From an uncultured Bacillota bacterium (lineage in GTDB: Bacteria; Bacillota; Clostridia; Peptostreptococcales; Anaerovoracaceae), in NCBI GenBank assembly GCA_946631075.1, contig CAMOZS010000001.1:1-35093 (forward strand): a DNA stretch of 35,093 nt, given 5' to 3'. The notes below the pieces were generated by a model. That model was given only the letters and a program-made list of their open reading frames with translations, had not been told where the DNA came from and did no database searches. Positions 26,976-35,028 of the stretch are shown here, piece by piece; the first letter of the stretch is position 1; each line of letters opens with the position of its first letter. A program made the translations under genes and the position numbers.

Positions 26976-29534
26976 TTAGAGGCGGAAAGCCTCTTCTTCT
27001 TCTTTTGGTTCGGCCGGCTTCTTGTTGCCCTTGACATAGCGCTTGGAACGGCGCTGTCCGTCGGCCTTCTTCTGAGACTTCTTAGCTTCTGCCTTAGCGG
27101 CTTCCGCGCCGGATTCGCCGGCGGTCTCAGCTGCAGTGCCCTCAGCCTTCGCTTCGGCAGCCTCAGCTTCAGCGGCCTTAGCTTCTTCTGCCCTGGCCTC
27201 CTCAGCCTTTGCAGTGGTCTCTTCCTTGACCTGGGAAGCAGCCTTCTCGTCAGCCGGAGCTTCTGTCTCGGCGACCGGCTGGCCCAGCTTCTTCGCTGCC
27301 TTAGCGTCCTTCTTAGCCTGCTTCTTGGCCAGCTTGATCTGGCGCTCGTAGGTGGATACCTTGCCCAGAGTGCTGAACTCGTAGTAGAAGGGCGAGCAGA
27401 TGCAGATGGAGGAATAGGTACCGGCCAGGATACCGACCATCAGCGGCAGGATGAATACCCGGATGGCCTCGCCTGCCATGATCAGCAGGGGCACCATGAC
27501 CAGGATGGTGGTCGCCGATGTCATCAGGGACCGGCTCAGGGTCTGGCTGATGGAGGTATCGATGGTCTCGACCAGATTGCCTCGTTTCATGTATTTCAGG
27601 TTCTCACGGATACGGTCGAAGATAACGATGGTATCGTTGATCGAGTAACCGACGACGGTCAGGATACCCGCGATGAATGGGTTGTTGACCGTGACCTGGA
27701 AAATAGCGTAGAAGGATATGACGATCAGTACGTCATGGAGTACGCCCAGCATGGCCGATCCGCCGAACCGCCACTGGCGGAACCGGATCCTGATATAGAT
27801 CAGCATACATATCGCCGCTATGACGATGGCCAGGATGGCGTTGTTTCTCAGTTCCTTGCCCACAGAGCCGCCGAACAGCTCCTGAGCGATGATGTCCTCA
27901 TCCGTGGTACCGAAGGCTTCGTTGATGGTATCGATGACCTTGGCTCTCTCGGCGTTCTCCATAGCCTCGGTGGTACGGATAACGATCTCCTTGTTGCCCT
28001 CTCCGGAATAGATGATGGTCGGATCCAGATCGTAGGATGCGATAGCCTTCTCCACATCGGCGATCTTGACCTGCTTGTGCATATCCATCTGGATCATGGT
28101 GCCTCCGGTAAAGTCGATACCGAAGTTCAGGCCTCTGGCTACGCCGCAGACCAGTCCGATGATCAGGATGGCCGCGGAGATGCAGTACATGACCTTCCTC
28201 TTATCGATCAGCTTCAGGTGGCCCATATATGCAAAGGCTGCCTTGCCGTTCTTCTTGATCCCGAAGAAGCCTGTCTTCGCTGTCGCCCTGCTCTGGGCGA
28301 AGAGTCCGACGTAAAGCTGGGTGACGATGACCGCGGTGAAGATGGAGACGATGATACCGACCATGAAGGTGAAGGCGAAGCCCTTGACCGAGCTGGTACC
28401 TACCTCGTACAGGATGACCGCTGCGATCAGGGTGGTTACCTGGGAGTCGATGATCGAGGTCAGGGCCCGCTTATATCCTGTCTCAGCAGCGACTCGTATG
28501 CTCCTGCCTGCCATAAGTTCTTCCCGGATACGGGAGAATATGATGACGTTGGCGTCTACCGCCATACCGACGGCGACGATGATGCCGGCGATACCGGGCA
28601 GAGTCAGAGTCACGTGCATGACGGACATGATGTTGACTACGATGACCACGTAGAAGAGCAGTGCCAGGTCCGCGGCGATACCCAGGCCTCTGTAGGCCAG
28701 CAGCATCAGCAGCAGGACCAGTCCCAGGCCGATCAGGCCCGCGTAGACGCTCATCTCGAGAGCGTTGTAGCCGATCTGAGCCGACTGGACAGAGGATGTG
28801 ACCTCGGTCAGGGTGATCGGAAGCGATCCGCCCCGGATCAGAGCTGCCAGGTTCTGGGCTTCTTCCTGTGTGAAGTCGCCGGTAATGCTGCAGCTTCCGC
28901 CCGCGATAGGCTCATTGACGTGAGGCGCGGAAATGATCTCGTTGTCCAGGACGATGGCGATGGCTCCGCTGTCTACTCCCTGGATTGCGGACTGTACTTC
29001 TCCGTTGTATGCCTTCTTGGTAGCTTCATAAAAAGCGTCTGCTCCGGAACTGTCGAACTGCAGGTTGACCGCGTAGCTCGTGGATTTATCATCCTGTCCG
29101 GCCTGAGCGTCCTTGACGCTGCCGCCGTCCAGGACCAGAGATCCGTCAGCTAAGATGAACTGCAGCTGGGCTGTCTTACCGATCTGCTCGATGGCTTCCT
29201 CGGCGTTCTCAGCTCCCGGCAGTTCTACACGGATCCGGTTCTCACCTTCGATGGTGACCGTCGGCTCCGAAAGGCCCAGCTCGTTGACACGGTTCTCGAT
29301 GACGGCCTGGGTCTGTTCCATGACCGTACGCTTGTCTTCATCGGTGGTGTACTTGGCCAGATCCTTCTTATCTGCTTCCAGAACGACGTAGACGCCGCCC
29401 TTGATGTCCAGACCAAGACCCATACGGTCCTTGATCGGGGTGAGCGGCCCAATACCCTTGACTGTAACGACCCAACCGAATGCGATGATTATGATGAACA
29501 CAATCGCCAGCACTCTCCTTACGTTATAACTCAT
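26976..29534 (-). CDS. secDF: Fused protein translocase subunit SecDF with ~130-aa low-complexity C-terminal tail
   Basis: LGLDIKGG, RI.VELPG, LTLPGIAG...GMAVDANVIIF.RIREE (SecD); GIDFTGG, LHDV, GYSINDTIVIFDRIREN, GTYSS (SecF). Confidence 0.98.
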   Translation of the reverse strand: MSYNVRRVLAIVFIIIIAFGWVVTVKGIGPLTPIKDRMGLGLDIKGGVYVVLEADKKDLAKYTTDEDKRTVMEQTQAVIENRVNELGLSEPTVTIEGENRIRVELPGAENAEEAIEQIGKTAQLQFILADGSLVLDGGSVKDAQAGQDDKSTSYAVNLQFDSSGADAFYEATKKAYNGEVQSAIQGVDSGAIAIVLDNEIISAPHVNEPIAGGSCSITGDFTQEEAQNLAALIRGGSLPITLTEVTSSVQSAQIGYNALEMSVYAGLIGLGLVLLLMLLAYRGLGIAADLALLFYVVIVVNIMSVMHVTLTLPGIAGIIVAVGMAVDANVIIFSRIREELMAGRSIRVAAETGYKRALTSIIDSQVTTLIAAVILYEVGTSSVKGFAFTFMVGIIVSIFTAVIVTQLYVGLFAQSRATAKTGFFGIKKNGKAAFAYMGHLKLIDKRKVMYCISAAILIIGLVCGVARGLNFGIDFTGGTMIQMDMHKQVKIADVEKAIASYDLDPTIIYSGEGNKEIVIRTTEAMENAERAKVIDTINEAFGTTDEDIIAQELFGGSVGKELRNNAILAIVIAAICMLIYIRIRFRQWRFGGSAMLGVLHDVLIVISFYAIFQVTVNNPFIAGILTVVGYSINDTIVIFDRIRENLKYMKRGNLVETIDTSISQTLSRSLMTSATTILVMVPLLIMAGEAIRVFILPLMVGILAGTYSSICICSPFYYEFSTLGKVSTYERQIKLAKKQAKKDAKAAKKLGQPVAETEAPADEKAASQVKEETTAKAEEARAEEAKAAEAEAAEAKAEGTAAETAGESGAEAAKAEAKKSQKKADGQRRSKRYVKGNKKPAEPKEEEEAFRL

Positions 29535-29591
29535 AAATTCCTCCAGCTAGATAATATTTGAATGTATTCTTAACACAGAATATCACATTAT

Positions 29592-29620
29592 ATTGTACAT
29601 CTTTTCGCTGACCGGCACAA
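29592..29620 (-). promoter_or_regulatory. Probable sigmaA promoter for secDF-rel-...
   Basis: TTGTGC (29620-29615), 17 nt, TACAAT (29597-29592); an overlapping TATAAT 5 nt downstream is an alternative -10. GGAGG SD before the secDF ATG. Confidence 0.6.
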
Positions 29621-29623
29621 GAT

Positions 29624-29659
29624 AAAAATGAAAAGAAGAAGCGCGTTCAGCGCTTCTTC
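29624..29659 (-). terminator. Intrinsic terminator after yajC
   Basis: Minus strand GAAGAAGCGC-TGAAC-GCGCTTCTTC followed by TTTTCATTTTT. Confidence 0.85.
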
Positions 29660-29681
29660 CTGACGATATTTCCAACCTTGT

Positions 29682-30185
29682 TTATTCCTCCTTGGCATCT
29701 TCTGCCTCGGCGGGAACTTCTGCCTCAGCTGCAGGCTCCTCGACCTGTACCGGTTCTTCTTCGATGACCGGATCGGCAGCTTCTTCAGCGGCCGGTTCTT
29801 CTTCGACGACCGGCGCAGCCTTCTTCATTCTCTTAGGCTTGGATCTTCTGACTTCCTTCTCCTCGGCATCGCCCATTTCCTCGAAGTCGTCAGCTGTCGC
29901 CTTGTTGTGGCCGCTGCCTTCCTTGACGACCTTGGATATGGACCATCTCATCATCTCCATCTTGACCTTGTCGGCCCCGACCTGGATCACGATAGTCTCG
30001 TCCTTGGTCTTGACGATCTTGCCGCAGATGCCGCCGATCGTTACGATCTCATCGCCCACCTGGACGCTGTTTCTCATCGCTGTAGTTTCCTTCTCCCGCT
30101 TCTTCTGAGGCCGGATCATAAGAAAATACATGATCACGATCAGCAATATCAAGGGAATGATTGTCATAAGAGTATTTCCGCCCAT
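29682..30185 (-). CDS. yajC: Preprotein translocase subunit YajC with acidic Glu/Ala/Pro C-terminal tail
   Basis: N-terminal TM, YFLMIRPQKKR, GDEIVTIGGI.GKIV; AGGAGG SD; upstream of secDF. Confidence 0.97.
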   Translation of the reverse strand: MGGNTLMTIIPLILLIVIMYFLMIRPQKKREKETTAMRNSVQVGDEIVTIGGICGKIVKTKDETIVIQVGADKVKMEMMRWSISKVVKEGSGHNKATADDFEEMGDAEEKEVRRSKPKRMKKAAPVVEEEPAAEEAADPVIEEEPVQVEEPAAEAEVPAEAEDAKEE

Positions 30186-30217
30186 TAGTTTAACCTCCTG
30201 TGCTCCATATTACGAAC

Positions 30218-30304
30218 TGGTGCCGGCAGTGGGGGTCGAACCCACACGGTGTTGCCACCACGGGATTTTGAGTCCCGCACGTCTGCCAATTCCATCATGC
30301 CGGC
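30218..30304 (-). tRNA. tRNA-Leu(CAA), 87 nt, CCA encoded
   Basis: GCCGGCA/TGCCGGC acceptor stem, CGGGA-CTCAAAA-TCCCG anticodon arm, long variable arm, GTGGG-TTCGACC-CCCAC T arm, A73 + CCA. Confidence 0.98.
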
Positions 30305-30315
30305 ATGACTCTAAA

Positions 30316-30344
30316 ATTATAGCATCATGCCGTTACGATTTCAA
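30316..30344 (-). promoter_or_regulatory. SigmaA promoter for tRNA-Leu(CAA)-yajC, overlapping the last codons and stop of the RND gene
   Basis: TTGAAA (30344-30339), 17 nt, TG-N-TATAAT (-10 at 30321-30316), 11 nt upstream of the tRNA. Confidence 0.85.
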
Positions 30345-33300
30345 GTTCCTCTTCTTCGATTTTCTCCATATGCTTGCGCCCGATCAGCCGGTACATGACG
30401 GGGATGATCAGCAGGGTCATGACCGTGCCGAACAGCAGTCCCCCGATGCAGACGATGGCTACCGGCTGGACCATTTCCGCCCCGTTTCCTATGCCGATGG
30501 CCAGGGGGATCAGGCCCAGGATGGTGGTCGCCGCCGTCATCAGGACCGGCCGCATACGGACCGCTCCGGCGTGGATGATGGCCTCTTCCATCTCCATGCC
30601 CTCCAGCCGGAACCGGTTGATGGTATCCACCAGGACGATGGCGTTATTGACGACGATACCCATCAGCATGACAAAGCCGAACATGCCGACTACGCTCATC
30701 ACCTGTCCGGTGATCAGAAGGGACAGCATTCCTCCCGTAAAGGCCAGGGGAACGGCGAAGATGATGATGAATGGAGATCTCATCGACTGGAACTGGGCGA
30801 CCATGATCAGGTAGACCAGGGCGAATCCGACCAGGAGCATGAGCAGCATCTGCCGCATGGAATGCATGATCTCCTCGTTCTGTCCCCCGTATTCGATGGT
30901 GACCCCGTCTCTGACCAGGTTCTCATCCTCGATGATATTCCTGATCTTGCTGGTGGTCTTGGTGATATTGTATCCGTCTTTGACTCCCGCGGAAAGGCTG
31001 GCGCTCCTTCGCTGACCTTCATGCTCGATCTGGCTTAGGGATGCGTCTTCGCTGATGTCGACGATCCGGGTCAGCTTGACCGTATCCTTGGTCCCGTCCT
31101 TCTTGTCCACAGTCAGCTTCAGGTTTTCCAGCTCCTCTCTGGTGAAGCCGGAAGCGGCGTTCTCGATGTTGACATCGATGCTGGTCCCATCCTTCTTCAG
31201 GGTCGTCGCCGGTTTCTCCTTGGTCAGTTTCCCGGCGATCTGCTGATAGACCTGGGCCACCGTCAGCCCTTCCTCCATGGCCAGGTTCTTGTCCACGGTG
31301 ATATGGATCTCCTCGGTCCGGTTCTCGGTGATGTCGGAAACATCCTCAAGCTCCTTCATCCGCCCCATACGGCCTTCGATGTCCTCGGCCGATTCACGCA
31401 GGGCGTCAAGGTCATCGGAATAAAGGGTCAGCCCGATGTCGGACCCTCCCATATAGGAGGCCATGTCCACATCGGCCGATGTCTGGATGACCAGATTGTA
31501 TTTCTTCTCATATTTCTTCATGATCTTGACGATCTGATCCGCGTTCTCGGTCTTGGATTCGTCCATGACGATGTACATGGTCGTTTCGGTCACGTTGTCG
31601 TCCATCCCCTCCATACCGAAGGATCCCAGGGTATTCGAGGCCAGCATGGCTCCCGCCGTCTCTACCCCGTCCACCTTGCGGACCGCTGTCATGATCTCGT
31701 CGTTGATGGTAGCTGTCTCTTCTATGGTGCTGTCTTCGGGCATGGTGATGTCCGCGGAGATCTGGGGAGTGGACATGGCCGGCATGAATTCAAAGCCTCT
31801 GGTCAGCAGAAGCCCGGCGCTGCCAAGCAGGAGGACCAGAGCCCCGATCAGGACGATGGCCCCGTGCCGCAGGCCCCAGCCGGCGATGGACCGGTATTTG
31901 GTGACCACTCTTCCCTTCTGTCCCAGGACCGTCCGTTTCGGGCTCTTGGTCAGCATCCCCTTGGCCATGGCCGGAGCCAGGGTCAGGGCGATCAAAAGGC
32001 TGGCCATCAGCGAATAGGTAACGGTCAGGGCCAGATCCATGAAGATATCCTTGGTGGTCCCGTCCACGAATATGATGGGAACGAATACGCATATGGTGGT
32101 CAGGGTCGACGCGGTGATGGCGCCGGCCACCTGGACCGCCCCGGACAGGGCGGACTGTACCAGGGAATAACCCATGCCCCTCAGCCGGTAGATGTTCTCG
32201 ATAACGACGATGGAGTTATCCACCAGCATGCCTATGCCTATGGCAAGGCCGGACAGGGAGATCATATTCAGGGTCACCCCGGAAAAATACATCAGGGCGA
32301 TAGCGAAGACGACGCTGACCGGGATGCTGATGGCGGTGATGATGGTCGGCCGGATGTCCCGCAGGAAGAAGAGCAGGATCAGAATGGCCAGGATAGCCCC
32401 CAGCAGCAGGTTGTTCAGGACGGATCGGATAACCGTATGGATGTATTCACCCTGGTCCATCAGGGTGGTGAAATGGAGCCCCTTGTGTTTTTTCTCCAGG
32501 GACTCGAACTTGTCGGCGAGGTTGTCGGCCACGGTCGCCGTAGCGTAGGTTGACTGCTTGGTGAAGCTGAGCAGGACTCCGTTCTCTCCGTTGATCCTGG
32601 CATAGGACTCGTCATCCTCCGAGGCGGGGACCACGGTCCCGATGTCGCAGACCCGGATGGGGTCGATCCCGTCGATGTCCAGGTCGAAAAGGATCATGTT
32701 CTCCATTTCTCCCCTGCCGGAGATCTTGTCTCCGACGGTGACCAGGACCTCTTCATCCCCGTCGACCACATAACCGGCCGGCATGCTGAAGTTCTGGGCC
32801 GCCAGGATGGAGGATACGTTGTCCATGGTGATGATCTGGTCCAGGTCCCCTCCCTGCAGGGCGGCTTCTCTTGAGTCCTCGATCTCCTGCAAAGTCTGCT
32901 GCAGCTGGGATATGGTCATCTGGACTGTGCTCTCGGCTGAGCTGAGATCGGAATATCCTGTGCTCAGCTTGAAGTCCAGGGCCGCTTCCTGCCCTTCGAT
33001 CTCGGCCAGGCCCTGTTCGATCTGGGAAATGGCGTCGTCAAAGGCGGTCAGGTCGATCTGGTCGATGGCTGTCTGCAGGTCTTCCACGCTCTCAAAACCG
33101 GCCGCCTCCAGCTTTTTCATGGCGGTATCGATCCGGACCGGATCCATGGAGGCGAAATCCTCGCCTATGCTCTGGGCCAGCTGGACCAGGGCTTCCTTCT
33201 GTTCGGCGGTGACGGACTTCTGGGCCTCCAGTTTGGCCTTCTGCCGGATCAGCTTTTTCTTGGCTTTGGTAAATTTCCTGACGGCCTTCTTCTGGCCTTT

Positions 33301-34008
33301 GGTGATCTTGTCCTTGCCGTCCTCGATCTTGTTCTCGCCTTTTTTGGCCTGGTTGATGCCGCTTCTGACCTTGCTCTTGCCGTCGTCGATCTGGCTGTTG
33401 ATGGCATCCCTGACCCGGTCGTTCAGGTCGTCGATCATGCCCTGGTCCAGCTGGATCCTGAGGCCGTCGTCGATCATGCCCATGGCGGTGATGCTGGCGA
33501 CGCCTTCGGTTCCCTCCAGGGGAGTCATGAGCTCGTCTCTGGTAAAGGACGAGACTTCAGCGGTATCCTTATCTTTCATGGACACGGCGGTGACGGCCAC
33601 CGGCAGCATGTCCATATTGATCTTCATTACTATAGGGGATCCGGCGCCTTCGGGCAGCTGGTCCCTGATCTGGTCCACCTTGTCCCGGATGTCGACGGAG
33701 ATGGCGTCCATGTTGACGTCGTCGGTGAATACAAGGGTGATGTATGAGAAATTGTCGGCGGAAACCGACTGGAGCTGGTCGACGTTGGGCAGTGTGGCCA
33801 GCTGCTGCTCAAGGGGCTCGGTGATCTCCTTCTCGGCTTCCTCCGCGCTGGCCCCTGGATCGGTGGTCAGGACGATGGCTACCGGAGCGTTGATGTTGGG
33901 GAAAAGGTCCGGAGTCATCTTGGTCAGAGCGACCCCACCAAAAATAAGGACGATCACGACCGCCACAAAAATAGTAAAAGGTTTTCTGACACTCAGTCTG
34001 GATAGCAT
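30325..34008 (-). CDS. RND (AcrB/SwrC-like) efflux transporter permease with large helical insertion
   Basis: DLFP.I..P, PGASAEEAE..ITEPLE, SIPVS, GMLVDNSIVVIENIYR, ASTLTT..VFVP, AQFQS...P.II, GIVVNNAIVLVD, RMRPVLMT..TT..G..P. The ATG at 34008 has an AGGGG SD (ORF track starts at 34029). Confidence 0.95.
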   Translation of the reverse strand: MLSRLSVRKPFTIFVAVVIVLIFGGVALTKMTPDLFPNINAPVAIVLTTDPGASAEEAEKEITEPLEQQLATLPNVDQLQSVSADNFSYITLVFTDDVNMDAISVDIRDKVDQIRDQLPEGAGSPIVMKINMDMLPVAVTAVSMKDKDTAEVSSFTRDELMTPLEGTEGVASITAMGMIDDGLRIQLDQGMIDDLNDRVRDAINSQIDDGKSKVRSGINQAKKGENKIEDGKDKITKGQKKAVRKFTKAKKKLIRQKAKLEAQKSVTAEQKEALVQLAQSIGEDFASMDPVRIDTAMKKLEAAGFESVEDLQTAIDQIDLTAFDDAISQIEQGLAEIEGQEAALDFKLSTGYSDLSSAESTVQMTISQLQQTLQEIEDSREAALQGGDLDQIITMDNVSSILAAQNFSMPAGYVVDGDEEVLVTVGDKISGRGEMENMILFDLDIDGIDPIRVCDIGTVVPASEDDESYARINGENGVLLSFTKQSTYATATVADNLADKFESLEKKHKGLHFTTLMDQGEYIHTVIRSVLNNLLLGAILAILILLFFLRDIRPTIITAISIPVSVVFAIALMYFSGVTLNMISLSGLAIGIGMLVDNSIVVIENIYRLRGMGYSLVQSALSGAVQVAGAITASTLTTICVFVPIIFVDGTTKDIFMDLALTVTYSLMASLLIALTLAPAMAKGMLTKSPKRTVLGQKGRVVTKYRSIAGWGLRHGAIVLIGALVLLLGSAGLLLTRGFEFMPAMSTPQISADITMPEDSTIEETATINDEIMTAVRKVDGVETAGAMLASNTLGSFGMEGMDDNVTETTMYIVMDESKTENADQIVKIMKKYEKKYNLVIQTSADVDMASYMGGSDIGLTLYSDDLDALRESAEDIEGRMGRMKELEDVSDITENRTEEIHITVDKNLAMEEGLTVAQVYQQIAGKLTKEKPATTLKKDGTSIDVNIENAASGFTREELENLKLTVDKKDGTKDTVKLTRIVDISEDASLSQIEHEGQRRSASLSAGVKDGYNITKTTSKIRNIIEDENLVRDGVTIEYGGQNEEIMHSMRQMLLMLLVGFALVYLIMVAQFQSMRSPFIIIFAVPLAFTGGMLSLLITGQVMSVVGMFGFVMLMGIVVNNAIVLVDTINRFRLEGMEMEEAIIHAGAVRMRPVLMTAATTILGLIPLAIGIGNGAEMVQPVAIVCIGGLLFGTVMTLLIIPVMYRLIGRKHMEKIEEEELEIVTA

Positions 34009-34048
34009 GAATACCCCTTGTTCAACCACTTTAACTTATACAAGAGGT

Positions 34049-34077
34049 ATTATACGTTTGTACTCTTTTTAATGCAA
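34049..34077 (-). promoter_or_regulatory. SigmaA promoter for the RND gene
   Basis: TTGCAT (34077-34072), 17 nt, TATAAT (34054-34049). Confidence 0.8.
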
Positions 34078-34121
34078 GTAAAATTAGAGCCTCTGGCGTT
34101 TGTGTTTGAGCCGGCGATCCC

Positions 34122-34155
34122 AAAACAAAAACTGCCGCAATTGATGCGACAGCTT
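34122..34155 (-). terminator. Intrinsic terminator after tRNA-Leu(GAG)
   Basis: Minus strand AGCTGTCGCA-TCAAT-TGCGGCAGTT (with G.U pairs) followed by TTTGTTTT. Confidence 0.8.
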
Positions 34156-34163
34156 CTTGATTA

Positions 34164-34246
34164 TGGTGCGGCTAGCCGGACTTGAACCGGCACGGTCTCC
34201 CACACGCCCCTCAAACGTGCGCGTCTGCCTATTCCGCCATAGCCGC
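34164..34246 (-). tRNA. tRNA-Leu(GAG), 83 nt, CCA encoded
   Basis: GCGGCTA/TAGCCGC acceptor stem, CACGT-TTGAGGG-GCGTG anticodon arm, short variable arm TGG-GAGA-CCG, GCCGG-TTCAAGT-CCGGC T arm, A73 + CCA. Confidence 0.97.
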
Positions 34247-34276
34247 ATGATAGGCATGCCTTTTTGGCACTCGTTT

Positions 34277-34305
34277 ATTTTAGTATCTTTTGCCTGCTTT
34301 GTCAA
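34277..34305 (-). promoter_or_regulatory. SigmaA promoter for tRNA-Leu(GAG)
   Basis: TTGACA (34305-34300), 17 nt, TAAAAT (34282-34277). Confidence 0.85.
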
Positions 34306-34326
34306 CCGAAACATCTGTTAACATTA

Positions 34327-35028
34327 TTATAGATTTCCGGCCCCGGTCTTCTCCCTGATCTCTTCAAGCACCGAGTCCAGCTGCCCCTGCAGCTCCTCCA
34401 GGCCCTGAGAATTATCCACGACAAAATCAGCCTTTGCCCTCTTCTCCTCATCGGACATCTGATTGCGGATCCTGGCCTTCACTTCCTCTTCGCTGCAGCC
34501 GTCCCGGGCCACCACTCTGTGGATCCGGACATCTTCATCGGCGCTGAGGACGATGACCGCATCGCAAAGGCTGTCCAGTCCCGACTCAAAGAGCAGGGGG
34601 ACATCCAGCAGCACGGGGCGGTCTTCCTCCCCTGCCTCATGGATTCTGTCATAGATCTCCCTGATGATATGCCGGAAGAGGATATCTTCCAGAAGCTTCT
34701 TCTTGTCAGGATCGGCGAAGACCAGACCGGCCATGGCCGCCCGGTCAAGAGACCCATCCTCCCGGAGGACCCGGACAGGAGCCTGTCCGCCAGGCTCGCC
34801 ATTGGGTCCTTCGTCTCCTATGCTTCCGAAGGCTTCCCCGATCTCCTCCAGCACGGGATTATCAACCCCTGCCTCCTTCACCGTCAGCTGCCGGCTGATG
34901 GCGTCGGCGTCCACGTGGACCAGTGCCGGATCCGCCTTGAGCAGGTATGCCGCCGCAGTGGATTTGCCGGTGCCGATCCCTCCGGTCAGGCCGATCACCG
35001 CTGCCCTCATTTCCTTATTTGAGCTCAT
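34327..35028 (-). CDS. coaE: Dephospho-CoA kinase
   Basis: IGLTGGIGTGKST P-loop, DADAI, G.LDR..MA..VF.D, DVPLLFE, R..ARD, RI..QM, AD.VVDN. The start could instead be the ATG at 35010. Confidence 0.97.
   Translation of the reverse strand: MSSNKEMRAAVIGLTGGIGTGKSTAAAYLLKADPALVHVDADAISRQLTVKEAGVDNPVLEEIGEAFGSIGDEGPNGEPGGQAPVRVLREDGSLDRAAMAGLVFADPDKKKLLEDILFRHIIREIYDRIHEAGEEDRPVLLDVPLLFESGLDSLCDAVIVLSADEDVRIHRVVARDGCSEEEVKARIRNQMSDEEKRAKADFVVDNSQGLEELQGQLDSVLEEIREKTGAGNL

Noticed and set aside
30295-30308. 14-bp palindrome TCATGCCGGCATGA at the tRNA-Leu(CAA) 5' end
   Set aside because: Mostly explained by the self-complementary GCCGGC acceptor strand; only four leader bases add to it.
1341-34072. 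Many long plus-strand ORFs (e.g. 1341-3332, 15906-17405, 19272-20795, 20578-22125, 27735-29153, 32783-34072)
   Set aside because: Each lies antisense to a well-conserved gene and has no recognisable motifs. Stop-poor reverse frames are expected from the strong GC3 codon bias.
30325-34164. Active genomic island or prophage at tRNA-Leu
   Set aside because: No integrase, transposase or att duplication, and no obvious compositional shift by eye.
34084-34314. 76-aa minus-strand ORF
   Set aside because: Runs through the tRNA-Leu(GAG) promoter, gene and terminator; spurious.
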